DNA of 64,000 bases, taken from assembly GCA_977030845.1 (NCBI GenBank), contig OZ365112.1, positions 24,428,001-24,492,000 of the forward strand. The letters are read 5' to 3'. Position 1 is the first letter of the stretch. The number at the start of each line of letters is the position of its first letter. Shown one piece after another: positions 48,460-63,400 of the stretch. Source of the stretch: Fimbriosthenelais zetlandica. Taxonomy: Eukaryota. The notes beneath the pieces were generated by a model that saw only the letters and a list, made by a program, of their open reading frames with translations, was not told where the DNA came from and did not search any database. Position numbers and translations under genes: made by a program.

Positions 48460-51400
48460 CGTATCTAAACTCTCACCGCCAGTGACACCAGTGTACCTTC
48501 AGACACAAATATATTTTTTTTTTCGGAAGTTATTTACTTGAAAAAAGATCCTTAAATTTAATTCATTCATAAATCACAATATAGGCTTATAACGGGATGC
48601 CATTTTGATTATCGATCAAACAGAAAATTTTCTTCTTCTTAAATATTTTTAATATCCTCCATCCTTAATCATTTACTAGGGATTAAATTTAAAACTACAA
48701 GATAATTTAACTCTCAATGTATGATATATTTCCAGCAATCAATCTAATGCACAAAATCATTTGTCCAGAGAGCCAAAAATTAGCCAAAATCAAATCAATT
48801 GATTGGGTTGCCTCACGAACGACCTCTAAACAGAACTGATGTTTTTTCATCAATCACAGAAGTGAGGACATCGTCCTGCTCAATTACATAAGGGAGGTGT
48901 CACGTGATTAGCCAGCACCTGTGACAGTAGGAGCGTGAGTAGGTAGATTAATCCACCATCTGCCTCCAGTATACAGGCGTGGATGGCCACTCATCATGCA
49001 CGCACGTACCTCCACACTCCATCATCATCAACACACGTATTAACCACTTTATAACGTTGATAATTGCAATAATAATCTATCCACCTCACAGTCACTTTGA
49101 CCAGAGGAAATGATGACCCAAAGACAGATACATTGTCAATGAAATAGAGAGATACAGGGAATTATAACCGCAGTCCATTGTCTATCTAGTTCTTAAACAG
49201 AGCAAGAAATATTTCCAGGAATGAGAGATCTCCGTTGCAGCTTTAATAATAGGATTATTATATGGGAGATGCTAGAGAAGTGTCATTAGAAACTCTCAGA
49301 TATGAAGCTTTGAAATGCCTGCATGAGTTCGTCAATGGGACTTAACAGACTAAAGATAATAAAAGTGCTTCTTTAATCTATGGGGTTAATCTAAGGTGGT
49401 CATTGATGATACTGAGTGTTGATCTTGGATCATCTAAGATTATGACATAGGGTTAGCATCCCCCTCACCCCTATCCCCCCACCACACATTGTAGTAGAGA
49501 GTACACCTGTACCAGGCCCAGACTTGGCTCTATCCTAACCTCATTTTCTTCTTTTTATTTTTTTAACTTAGACCTCAGAATATATACAAACACAGTTAGC
49601 ATACCATGGCATCTGATAACTCGTGGTTCCTTTAGTCTTGGCTAGCCACTCAAGTGTCCACAACGGTGGCTATATCAAACCCATAAGAACCTCCTAGAGT
49701 CCTATGTCAGTAGCAAGAGGAAGGGAACACAAATTGGTCAGAAATATTGGTCAGAAGAAGCAGTTTACTTGTCAGCAGACTGTCATTTGCACCAGTTGAT
49801 TTTTTAATGTTTGGAACAGATTTCTGTTGTTCTTTTTGCTTCCCTGGAAATTCTACTAACCCTCTGTACTTCCCCCTAACAAGATGAGAAGACAGATATC
49901 TGGGGTGAGATTTCTTGCTAAGATTAGTAGTCATTGGTGCAGTTCAAAGCCACACTGTTTCTCCATAACATTTCAAATGTTCATGACTAATGGCAACAAA
50001 TTTTATAAGTGCAACGATAGCAAGGCGTGGTGGAGGGAAAAGCTGAGAGTTGAGACCCAGGATTTAACTGAAGACTAGAGGGTGGGAAGGAGGAGGGGAA
50101 GGGGGATGAGGGAGTATAGGGCCCACCTGGAGGAGCTAGGGGAAGGCGGGGGGAGGAGGGGGAGGGATCGAGATTAGATACACACATCTATCTACACCGC
50201 CTCTAGCCCTGCTCCAGTGTCGGCTATGATCAATGCCACTGTTTTGTACTCACTCCAAGTTTTATATTCTCGGCAATAGATGGGTTTATGTCTCAGTGTT
50301 ATAGAATGACCTAATTCTCTACGTGATGTAGGGGGATGTAGACCATCTGGTTCTTACTAGGTCCATTATTAATACATTAGTTATACACCAACCCATGAGG
50401 GATTATTACGAGGACTAATCAAGTCGATTAATTAAGAGGATAATTAACCAATCTATCTGTCAAAAGTTAAACGAAGCAGGGGGTCTTCCTGTTTGTTAAA
50501 TTTATATCTTTTTCTATTTTTATTTATTTTTTATATCTAACCAAAACCTAGTGATTAATTTGAGATTTGCTGATAATGAATCCGCCAAAACAAACAGAAA
50601 CCAGAAAGTACCGGCTTATCTTATCATAATTAGAAACACCAGTACATAATATAATATTATCAGTAATATGAAGCACTGATCGCCCTCAGGTCGTGCGGCA
50701 GCGGTGCAGCAGATACCTGTATATGAGATACATGTATACAGTACACTGGTCTTACATCATTAATACAATCCAGGTGTCATATCTACTCATTAATGCGCAC
50801 CGGACGCTGAGGCTTCAAGTTGTAAAGTGTTTATACCAGTGTCAAACTGGGGGACTGCACAACTAATAAATGTGATGAAAAAATGTCTGTTAAATCTTTA
50901 AGTCATTTCTTAAATTAAAATGACCAACAAAATGCGGGGAAAATGGAAGCACTTTCAAAATGTTTGGCCTGGGGAAAATCCCATGAAAAGTACATGAAAC
51001 TAATATTTCATTTCCATGTCCTAAAATTTGCCTGCCTCCACATTTCACTTCCGACAGTGCTGACAGTAAAACTGTCATGATTAATTTGCAACGGGGGCTG
51101 TCACAAGAACGGATCACCTTTATAGCTGGGCAGAAATAACTCTTACTTCAAAATGTGAGATCATTAATTGAAACAACAAGAAAATCAATAGATTCTATAC
51201 GAATTATGAGTCAAAATTATAGATGGATGAGTCATTACATTGAACTGGTTGATTTAAATGATTTTAGACGTTTTTCAGAAGTATTTTGGACAGGATTTGT
51301 TCAGCACGTGATAGGGCTATAGTAAAGTAGAGAAAGTGGGATTTTATCGCTGGGTTTCCTGGGTGAAGTGAGAAAACTTGGCAACAACCCATCGTCCTCG

Positions 51401-54400
51401 TGCCTCTAGCTGCCAAAAGCCACAGTGGGAGTTACTATTGGGTAAGGGACCCAGGTGAACCTGGAAGGTTACTGAAACTTTACCAATACAATAACAAAGT
51501 TTTTCAATGGCACAATTTTAAGAAAAGTTTTGAAAGGTTTGAGTGGGCGGGGTTCTGGTGTCAGCGTGAAGACAAGGTTAGCTAATGGGTTTACAACCCT
51601 TTCTCTGTCACTTACATCAGCACATTAGTGCACGACACTAATTGGATTGTCACTACATATAAAAAGAAACTTTCTTAAATATATTCAAAATGAAATAATG
51701 TGCATGTAGCTTAGCTAGGTCTGACAGGTTATTTTCAGGAATTAATAAATATGTAACTGACGGAATATTATGCAGTATTCTTTCCATATTTATGTTAAAT
51801 ATTATTCATTTAAATAAAGATTTAGAGGCGATTAGGATGCAGGGTTTAAGGTTAAATTTACTGCTTAATCTTTAGGCTACAGCTCAATTTAAATCCAGTT
51901 ATTCTTTCATGATTTTAGAAATAGTGGTTTTCCAATATATGGCGTAGAAGAGAAGCCAATGTATTCGCGTGTGTAAAAGATAGGAATGGATTTCTACCGT
52001 GTTTAAAAGGTTAGAGTATAAGAAGTCTATCAAGATGCTAGACACATTCTCAGTGAACCCAACATTTGTATAGATAGTCTCTCTCTCTCCACACTTCTTA
52101 CCCAAGGTACAAAGTGAGGTCACATCCAGGAAAACCCATGATCTCAAAACATACACAGCACTGTGGAGCGAGCAAGGAAAACACAGTTTTAATATTGTGC
52201 ACCTGATAGAAAATATAGAATGATAGATGATTGTACGGGGAAAAAAGTGCACTGAGGGGACATGAGTGAAAAATATGGAGCTTACTCAAAGGAACATGGA
52301 GCTATTGGGCTGTGTGGGTATGGGACTATGGGATGCCTATAGGGTTTGAGATTGGGAACTGGGTCAGGGGTAGATCTCGTGGCCTCCTGCTCCTTCTCTC
52401 TCCCCTTCTCTCCCTCCTTCTCTCTCTCTTTCACCTCCAGTAGGTAAGGTCTGAGTAGTACTTGCTACATCTCGCCACATGCGTGGAGCACCTATATATG
52501 CTCTCACCCACAAGCTTCAATGTTACATTATTTATTGTGTCAACGCCATCCAATAAATTATATATTATATTCCTAGAAGCTTCTACTAATCCAGGCCTCA
52601 GCTGAGGTACTCGTGAGGGATCAGGTTCAGCTCAATGGATCATTATGACTGTAGCAATGTGAACCATAATGATGTAGTATATATTAAGGTAGCAATCGCT
52701 ATTAGCTTAGAGTCATTTTACTCTAAGCTATTAGCAATACATTTGAATGGGACTAAAACTCTAAGACTATTATATATAATGAGGTTCATTGCGATTCATT
52801 TCTGTTATCAAGGGCATCCCTTTATAAACAGGCCAAGCAGGTTGAATTAAGCTCTTTTTGTTGTAAATTGACTGGGAAAGGAAACAAACAATCTGCTTTC
52901 ATGTGGGATCATAAGGTTTGGACTTAATCCCAATAGTAAACGGTGGATGATAAACAATGTGTGACCTGAGCAGATGTGATCCACAATGGATGAACCATGT
53001 CCAAACACATCCCTGTACACACTCACCCAGCCTTCACACACCTTATACACACATGATTAATACTACCCAGTAACATATGTCCACTTCACCCATACATCAT
53101 TATGCTAATCCCAGCTATTTAAATTCATTGCAATATAAAAGTACCGTACTTGTTTCATAACAAAGATGCACCAACTATTATAATATTATGAAATTGTAAA
53201 GAATATATTTTTGTACGCATAAACATCTAAAAAAAAATGCCGAGAGTAAAACATACTGCCTTATTCTTAGTAGAATTTTAAGCTCATTGACTTATTGTTC
53301 CATTCATGGGTCTGTCGTAAGACTGTTACATAACTAGGGGAAGGTTGACAGCAAAGATAATTGACTGGTTTCAAAATACATGTGATAACATTGAGATATC
53401 ATATTATTAAGGACTGCCTTAAGTATCATATTTCAGATGTATGTGTGAAGTTAAAGGAGACTTTACCTGTCACATCCCACCTGTTATGACAGGTACTTTA
53501 CCCTACACAGTCAACGATGACATTTGCATTGGGCGTTATGGCTTATGCAATAATAGCAATTGGTCAACATCTCCTACTACAGTAACTGACTATATAGTAT
53601 ATACTTAAGCTAGTGTTGAAAATATAAAGGGGAGGGAACAGCCCTTGAAAGCAGCTTTAAGTAAAGCCTTTTAGTCTGACGGCCCTTTACCTTTGAAAGG
53701 CACTTTAGGGTCAGGGGCAAAAGGACACAGGGGTAGATTCGTGATATATTCTTCATAGGATGTTGTTGAGAGAGTATAGTAGGTACCCCTATGTGAGTGT
53801 GTGTGTGGTGTAGGGAGGTCCACCTGCAATATGCAATTATAATCTGACTCACACGCTGGCTTAACCTGTGGGTGGGGTGGGGGTGTACTGACCTATGGTT
53901 TAAAGGTTTAAGTCTAATGCTAGAAATACAATATGGATGTGTGTGGGTATATAATGTATGTGGTATCCACTGCATGTGTCACTCTAGTTGAGTCATTTCA
54001 TAACCCACACACACTGAGACAGACGATTTAGTCAATTTCTGACAGTGCTCAACAGAAATTTTCATCGTTTTCAACCATAAAATGCGTATTGGTATTAGGT
54101 ATTGGTAAACACATTTCCTGATAACTTAAGTTTGTTTTAGTAAAATGAAATAAAGGTATATAATGTCCCTAAGGACGTATTTGACAGAGGTTTCTGGTAG
54201 GAGAGAGTTCAACAACTGGTTCCTGTCTGCTACACCATACCTGGCAAAAAAGCTCATCACCAATAATTCCTTTGGTCACAGTCATGCCTATACATACCCA
54301 ATCAAGAATAAAATCATAATCGTTTGATTTCTGGCAAAAAACAGTTGGGGAGTTTAACTTTTTGCCAGTTTTCAGCCATGCCATGGAATCTATAATTAGG

Positions 54401-57400
54401 CTTTATACAGTGGTGGAGGAAACAGCTGTCAGGTGAAAACACTTGAATACACAGACCAGCAGGTAAATTATACCTCCTTATATCACTACAGGCTTTTTTC
54501 ACAATATTAAGGCTTTTCTAACCATGGCAGTTGGACTGATTTCACGATAAGGCACCTAGTTCTTGGTACAGCAACCCTAGTTAGGATGGAACTAGACTAT
54601 ACCAGATCTAGGCATATGGGATCTCCAGAGGCTATAATAGTGAGGAGCCAGGGGAAGGATGGCTGGTGTTGGTATTAGTGGGGTGGTAATAGTAGGTAGG
54701 TAGGGAGCATCACAACCAAAAACAGGGGGGTTTACCCCTCCCCTCTACCCTAAAACCCTAAATGAAGTAGGTGAGATGATAGGTGGGGGTTTGATGGTCA
54801 AGTACACAACTTACCGTGCCTAGTCCATGCGGTGATTGGTGGTAAACTGCACGTAAATCACAGACCAAAAATCCACTACTGAGGACACAGCAAACCCAAA
54901 CAAAAATCCAACATGGCTACCCGCCGTGCTGCCGCCTAGAGGGAGTTTGCCAAGTGAGATGGGGGAGTATGTTACAGCTTTAAGGGAGTAGGTAAGTAGG
55001 GCAGTAGGTATGAGTATTGTATGAAAGTAGGGGCACTGGACTGTGACCAGGGAGGGCTGTGCCTGGTACTAAGTATAGACCAATCCATCCAGGTAATATT
55101 AGACAGGGTGAGTCCAGATGACCACTGCTCCAGTGTCTTATCTTTCTGTGAGTTTGTTAAAAAAAAAATTGGATCTTAAGGGATTAAGATCCTGAATTCA
55201 GATTCCCAAAGGTGCATGAAATGCAGCCTCACTGAGAACAGTAAAGCTTCAAATCATGGGGGAAATCCATCTAGAAAATAAAGGCAAAATAAAAAAGTTT
55301 AGGTGATTCCAGCTTTAATTACTCAGATGGTTGGATCCGCCCCTTTAGATGTCTTTACCCATGGCTTTCTCTTGAGCAAAGAAATGCAGGTCTTTACATA
55401 AGAAACATTTCTAGGTATAGGCTACCGAGTATGTATGACAGTACACTCATGGATCTTAGGCTAAATAGCAGCCTAGACAACATGTTACAAGTTTAGAAAA
55501 GTAAGATTAAAATAAAGTGAATAAAAAAGATGGATGTGTTTTGGTCTGGAGTGCCTGGATGTGTGTCTACCTAGGGGGTGTAGTGAGGGCTTTAGTAATA
55601 TGAGTCTCTTTAGCTGTGACCAAGATGTGACTAATGTTCCTATTGGGGAGCATATATATCGTCCCCAGCTGAACACCACTACACATCTGGATGCAGATCT
55701 CATACCCCTAGAACACTTCACCCCCAGGGATGTGAATCAACGGGAGGGTTTAAAGCTTGTGTGTACACAGAGCTGCTGTATTCTTACAGATTAATCTAGG
55801 CCTAGACAATATTAAAGGGTATGTAAGTAGTTATCAAGGCTGTGTTTCTAAGAAAATAATAGGCCTACACGGTCGTTTTTAGGTATTTAAGGTAAGTCTG
55901 ACAAAGTGAATTCAATGATTAAGTAGGCCGAAAGTGTTGATCAATCATTAGCATTCAATGAATTCAGAGAGGACATGGTAAAAGCCACACCACTTCATTT
56001 AATTAGGTAGATTTTTGCCAAAACAGATAGGATAACTTTATTAGCAAAAGTGATGTCATTTAATAACATGAGACATAATAGAATTATATGACATCATATT
56101 CCATGAATCATTATAAAATGGCCTTTTCTCAGACTTCAATATAAAGCAAGCTATGGGTGGGAATTTAAATCAGATGGGAACAAGTCCATTATAGGTTTTC
56201 AATGTTTAAAAATTAAAAAATAAATAAAAGAAAGGTTGGCCAGCCAATAAAGAAGCACTTGTGAGTTGAACACACTGCCTTATATGTCCAAAACTGAGAG
56301 AACTTGGCAACACCATCCTGCTCAATTACAAATCGACGCCAGTGGCAAATGTCAGTTGAAAAGAGGCCCCTGGCTGCTAATCCCCATCCTGTCCTCAACC
56401 ACAGTCTCCCCCATCCTCTCTACATGTACAAACCATTCACCAATAATGCTAGCTTTATATTACAGCACAGGTTGAAGAACATCCACGAAAATGAAAAACC
56501 AACAAGTCAAAATGTGGGACGGACAGGTATTCTGACCTGTGAGGTATATATAGAGGTGATTAATGCCTCTCTTCCCTCTCTCATCGTGTTGGTTTAGGCT
56601 TTTCCATTGTGGTTTAAGCCAAAGCCTTGAGTCACCTTTTGCTGTTTTTTGGCCACTCTATTAGCGTGGGATATCAAAGGCACACCGCACATGGCACACG
56701 ATTAACATAAATAAAAGCTTATTTTTCATAATAACAACTTGGTGTTTCTCGCTCGGTGCAGTTGAGATGGTTAAGTTGCCCCCTCTCTAACCACGCCCCT
56801 CATAAAAGACAAAAAATAATTCCTGCCCATCCTTTTGATGTTTTCTAAAGAGTCTAAAAAGTGGCAGGGGAAAGTGTCAAAACACAATGCACCCAAGACA
56901 ACAGCTCAAGTCCTATTCTAAACAAGTTTTTCATAATGCTACACCAAAAACATTCAAAGAACTTAGTCATTCTATTTATAAAAGTTCCTCCTTCTGTTGG
57001 GGGAAATAGAGGTTAGAAATCGGTGGAAGTATCAGTGGTCTAGAAAGTGTTTTCACTCAAACTTAATGTGTGTAACAGCGCAAATGGAATAATAAAAATA
57101 TTTTATATAAAATTTCAGCTCACCTTTGTTATTTTTATGATGCATTATTCCTTGAATCAATCAGGAGTTTCTAAGTGTTCAAAGTGCTTAATCCCAATAG
57201 GAGAAAATATCCTTGGAGAATTTCAATATAACTTTAGTTAAATCTAAAGTTAGCTATTTCAAAATTAAGGAGGCACTGTCCTTCACTTCCAAATGGAAAA
57301 TCGCCCCATTCTGTGAGACGCAATAAAATTATATTCAAAATTAATCCTGGGAAAAAAGATCCTTTGGAATTAGTTGACCACAAGTCTGATTTCCCCAAGG

Positions 57401-60400
57401 AGACTAGGGAACAGTAATAGTTCATCCTATGGACCAGTGAAAGTAATATCTGGGGATGGACGTGGTTATGGTGGTGTCATAAAGCTGGTGATAGTGGTGA
57501 TATTGATAAGCAACTGTACATGTATGCACATTGCCAGGCTGTGTCTGAACCGTCCAGCTGAGAGGTGCTGGAGTTCACCATAACAGACAAGGTGCACACA
57601 CTAAACACACCCACCCATCAACCCACCCACTCACACAACACACACTACCCATGTGCACTAATAATAAGACGTCTGTCAACAGGGGAGCGTTTCATAAAAA
57701 GATCATTAGTAAAAGATTTAGCATTAGTAAAAGATTTAACATTAGTACACTGATTTGGTGTTTTCTGTTGAATATAGCTTGAAATCGCAGTGGATATTTG
57801 TGACCATAATTCATTAAAGTGCATAGACTACATTCTCGTCAAGCCCTGGAGGTAATAATGTCGATAATAATCTCTCGGCTTCGTCTCCAGTTATTACCGC
57901 CATAATGACCTCCATGTTTGCCTCTTCCGTGGTCTATCCACAAAATAACCATTGTTACTTCTATGGAGTAATTTAGCGCCTCTTTCTATTGAAACCCGCC
58001 CTTTAGATGAGACCCAGTAACTGGTGTAACAAGGCCACGCGGCGCCCACTTGATCATTGTAATCCTTTGATGCCCAGTCATAATAGTTAAGCATATATAC
58101 CAGTTCTTGATAAGGATCCAATAATTCAATCCCTCCCCCTCTCTAACCAACTCTAATCCATGTTTTAAATCTGAAGCCATTTGGCTTCAACAACATAAGC
58201 TTTATTTGCATGGAAAATAAGTGACAAATATTGCACTGTATTCCAGTCCTGTGTTCCCCATTAAGTTTTCAGGGTAATGAGGGTGCAGTCCTATGGTCTC
58301 CTGATGTAAGGGAGAGATAGGTAAGATGACACTCTAAAGACCAAGGGTTGTGACTGGGTTGTGACAATGGAGCATAAAACCAGGTAAAATGATAAATGAA
58401 AGATAAATGTAAGATGTGAATGATTGTAGCAATCAGTGTGCTTGTTTCAGCTGGCTACTGGTATAATTGTTATAATGGTTGTCACACTGCATGGGTAGGC
58501 GTCCATGAAAAGTGGATCTTCCTCGATCCTATCTCTCTATCAGATATCAGTACACATTAATGTACTCACATGGCCTCTAGACTTGTCCAAGCTTTTATTA
58601 TTTCATTTCTGGGTGGATACATTTCAAATTTATTTCGGTGTACGGAATAAATTTAAAAGCAAAACCTAAAACCAGATTTATGCCTATTTTCTGACCTATA
58701 GACATACCGTATTACTGGTATTATCCAAAGATCAGTCTCCAATAGATTTGTTTACTGTGCGATCTATTAAATATATCAGGTTTGGGGGGCTATAGGGCTA
58801 TACTAGTGTACATGGCCTTAGGAAAAAGACTAATCTCAGTGACAAGTTCAATCTAGCAAGATGACGATCCCTGCACTCATATAGACAAGCATGAAGCACT
58901 ACAGGTCGACCACCATGCCTCTAGCGTTTCATGTAAATCTCTCAGTGTATTACCATTAATGGGGATCAATATCCTCAATATAACGGCTGACGACACATGA
59001 TCACCCATGGCAAAATCATCACCCACATCTGTCTCCCTCTACGCCGCATCGATTTTCCATGCATGTTTTGTCATAAAATTGAATAAAAACCCTCATAATT
59101 ATAGATAAAACTGACATGAATTAGCATGAATCAGTGGGGATGAATTGATCGAATCCTTCAGATGTATGTGCATATGGCGATGTGGATGTTTAACATGCAA
59201 GCCTTGAAGGTGGATGGATCCACGCTGGTCCATATGTACTACTTGTGAATCGGACCGCGGGAGGTCTATAGTAGATCTATACTGGCAATGGGAAGGAAAA
59301 GGACCAAGTCTGCCTGACCCTTTCACCTCCAGGGACTACAGTGTAATGTAATGTATACTTGTCCTTGTATACACACGTCCCTCTAGCCTGTGATGATCCA
59401 TTTGCATGGGCAAAGACTAATGTTACCTTAGATCGTACTCAGGCCAATGTATACCCTATAGAAATACTAGATATCACCAGATAATCCCTCTACAGGATTA
59501 TCATTCTCACCCCCAGGGCCCTCATGATCATCATGGTTATTTGTCAGTCTGATATATATTCATTTTACCATTTCAAGTTCCCATGTGAACTGTGAGACAT
59601 TGTGGGTTTGGAGGTGGGAAAGGTGAATGGCACAATGCCAAAGTCTCCTGTCTGTAGACAGGATGTGGGTGCAGGCCTTGGTTATTTTGTTGTAGCGGGT
59701 TCATTTATATTGGTTATTGAACACCTGGAGCTACGTCCATACATTGACTAATTTGTACAAGGTCAACAGACTTCACCCTTTAACCTTCAATCATTGTTAG
59801 GTCTCTCAACTTCATACATCAAAGAAAGATCTGGGCACATTGAAAAAATAACTCTTTCATTTCTGAGGAAAATAATCAATTCTGAAATCGGATAACCGAT
59901 TTTCTCTGTACAATATGAACAGTAAATGTATCAGTCTACATGATCTGGGGACCGATAACAAATTGATGTCATAGTTTCCTACTCATTACTATTGGTAAAT
60001 TGGTTTATATTTGTCATGTATGGGCCCCTGGTTCATCAATAGTACTATATCATTTATCTGTAGAGATAGGAGGAGTAGTGGAGGTGAGATTTACTTGTTA
60101 TACGGTACAGGTAAATGGGTGTGTAGGTAGATAGGTTGAAGGCGCTTATCTCACAGATCAACCAATACTGACTAATGACCATCCAGGCGGACCCTGGAGA
60201 AAGTGGAGGACGTGACCCTACCTAGACTTAACCAAGTCTTCATTCATATTTTCTCATTTTCATATTTAAAAAAATGACACATGAAGATAATTTCCTATAA
60301 TTCTGGGAGTGGATAAAAGATATAGGGTCGCATCCAAAGGGATAGATAACCCTGTGCTAGGGGATGAGTCTTAGGCAAAGGACACCACGGTTAGAGAGAC

Positions 60401-63400
60401 AGGAGTTAGTCTATAGGACCCACGGTTGCCCTTAGCTGTCACTCCAGATGATACGGCGAGTAAAAGTTGATAACATTACACACAGATATATAAAACTACC
60501 GGCACAGACCATGACCAAACATTTAATATAGGCTCTATACACACAGTCTGCCTCACTCTGAGATGCCCATGGTATTTCATAACATTAAACTGGGTAGATG
60601 GGAACAAAGAAAACCAGTGGAATTAATTAGTGAGAAGGGTAAGAGGAACTACACTTGCTATCAGGATATGCTTGGTAGTTGTTGCATTAAAGCCATTGTC
60701 TACAATATAGAGCAGGTGTCACCATGTACATGGCACTAGCAACATAATTGGAATGAAGTCAAATTTAAATGGAATAAAAAAAGATACAAATTAAAGACAA
60801 AATTAAAATCCATAGAAGTGCAGGGAGGGAGGGTTAAGACTTGTTTCTATAGAATGCTGGGTGAGTGAGAGGATATACAATAACATCTCAACAGGTTTAC
60901 CTGATCATCATGTAAAATGATACCAACACATGATGAAGGCAATCAATGCAAAATATCCAGCCTAAAAAGTGAAATTATCTGCCATTCTATATTTGATTTA
61001 ATAAATTTCAGATAAGTCACAATAGTTTCAGCAAATCATGATCCTTTCTCTGGACAGAGTGACCTCAGGGATGTCAGGTTTTCAAAGTGAGTTTTGTGGG
61101 TTTCATGAATTGTGCATATTCATCATGATTCATCATTTTTCAGAAATTTCAAAAATATATCAAACTGTTAGGATCTCATTCAATACTTTCATAAAAATGC
61201 TTTGAAAATAGGGTAAGAAATGCTTGGGAATATGAAAATGGAGAGACCATTGCCAGGGGACAAGATATAACAAGTAGCATGAAGCTGTGAGTGACCTGAT
61301 GTATTGGAGGAAATAGACCACTCTTCCCGCCAGCTATGACAGTTGCATGTCAGTTAATATTTTGAAGGGAAACATTGACTAGATGTGATATCAATTGGAG
61401 ATGACATAATGTGGCTCACCTTCGTCTGTAATGAGAGGTTGTGTGGCGTCATTTATCCACATTTGAGTTACAAAGTCAGCCATGGTAGAATATGATGAAG
61501 GTTTAGTGATGTTTGTGTTTAAATTATTACGTACACACAGCGCCCAGGTAAATACACCTCCAGACTATACTGTGTAGGGGTAACATGTCACCTTCCATCT
61601 CTACTATATATCCAGGTTAGGATCAGGAATTAAAATGATCATCTTAAAGTATCCATGAACTGAAGGGCGATGGCCATGGTAAGGTACAAGTCAATAGCCA
61701 GTATGTATAGAGGTGATAATTAACGATCACACAGGTGATACAGGTGGTGATACAGGTAAGTCAAGGTGTAAGGGGGATCCAGAGATCCCCCGCGCCATCT
61801 ACACCGGTCTCAGTTTAGAACCCTGCTCCCTTGAGCAGAGAGAGAGGGAGAAGGAGACCCCGTGACGACAAATAACGATGACAGCCGGGCAAAACTGGAT
61901 CACTCCATTCTGTTTCACTAACGTAAAGTTTCTCCCCTAGGATCGGAGTGGGGTGGAAGCTCACCTTACGCAAAGATTACACTTGAAAATATCACATAAT
62001 CTCAGCAAGTATAACTACTGTGAAAAACATAATCAGGGCATTTTTATATTAATTCAAGAGGTTAATAGTGTTTTTTCAAATAAAGTATATTTGGTGGTTT
62101 GGATCTACTGGTGAGGTAGAAGGGATGTGGTGGGGTAGGGTGGGGGAGGAGGGGGGTACATTAGTGACATGGTTGGATCTCGTCCCAGTCGGTGTGTTTG
62201 GTGGTTACCACATCTGTATTATACCTTCCTATGACACATCCAGCTGATGCTCACACCACAATTATCATACACATCCCTCACTGTTTTATTCAAACAGTTC
62301 CATTTCAAATTTCATTTCATATTTAATTAAAAATTAAATTCATATTAATTAAAACATAATAATTTGGGTTTAAGATAAAGGTAATATTGCCATAAATGTA
62401 GAAATTAAAACACAGGATGTCCATGTCTTAATCGACATCATTTTCATGATTAAAATTGTCCTTTAACGTTTTTTAATTTCTTTAAAACATAATGTGGGGA
62501 AGTATAGGGCCACCCTATGACATTGATCAGTATCTTCTACTGATGGACTCTCTCCCATAGAAGGTTAAAACATCCTTCTTGCAGTCCAACATGATGCAGA
62601 CTTGATGAACTCGACTGAGTGAGGACAAACATGTAGAATGGAGACAATGACCATGGTGATGTGAGACAAGATAAGACAGGTCGGGACGGGTGAGGACGGG
62701 GTGAAGCACTGATAGCCATCCATCACCGCCTCACAAGCCCGCCACCTGTCAACTCACAATTTACCCAGAATACATCAATTACCTGGTTACCATGGCAACT
62801 CCCAATCCCTCCAGATATCGTCCCCTCTCACGTGTGTCAGTTTTTGAGGGGAGAATCAAACATTGGAACAAAGCGTCTAAACGGCTCAACATCAAACAGA
62901 GCCTGCCAGGGTGATTTATCAACAACTTGAAACTACATGTAATTGGTGGTAATTTGGAGACCCCCATGCCGTATTTGCCCACTAAATGCGAGGTTAAGCC
63001 TGTTTACAAAGTTTACTTTGAGTACATGCCAGGTTGGACCGATTTCATGGACGTAAAAACGAATTGATCCAATGACGTCTGATAAAATAATATTTATATT
63101 TTGTCTCAGAGAAAAAGTATCATATAATATCATTTCTAAGCCATGCTGTTCACTCAATATTTCTTGAATATACCAATTAACTCCTAAGACTTACAGGATC
63201 TGCTTGGCAAAACTCTTGAGAAAATGAATTAATGCATCACTTAAAACACACAAGTTGGCACGAGTTTCACCAGAGAACAAGTGCCTGGAAAAGGTGCCTA
63301 GTGTCATGCCCAGAAACCCCCTATCATCCGAAACACGCCTCTAAATAAGCTGCGCATTTTGGTTTTCTGAAAATAATCAATGTCATGCTTTCTCACCACT

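Noticed and set aside
63195-63284. 90-nt AG..GTAAGT-bounded segment as an upstream DLG5 exon
   Set aside because: Open only in phase 2-2; the phase-1 frame required by the 47493 acceptor contains TAA, and it shows no CARD similarity.
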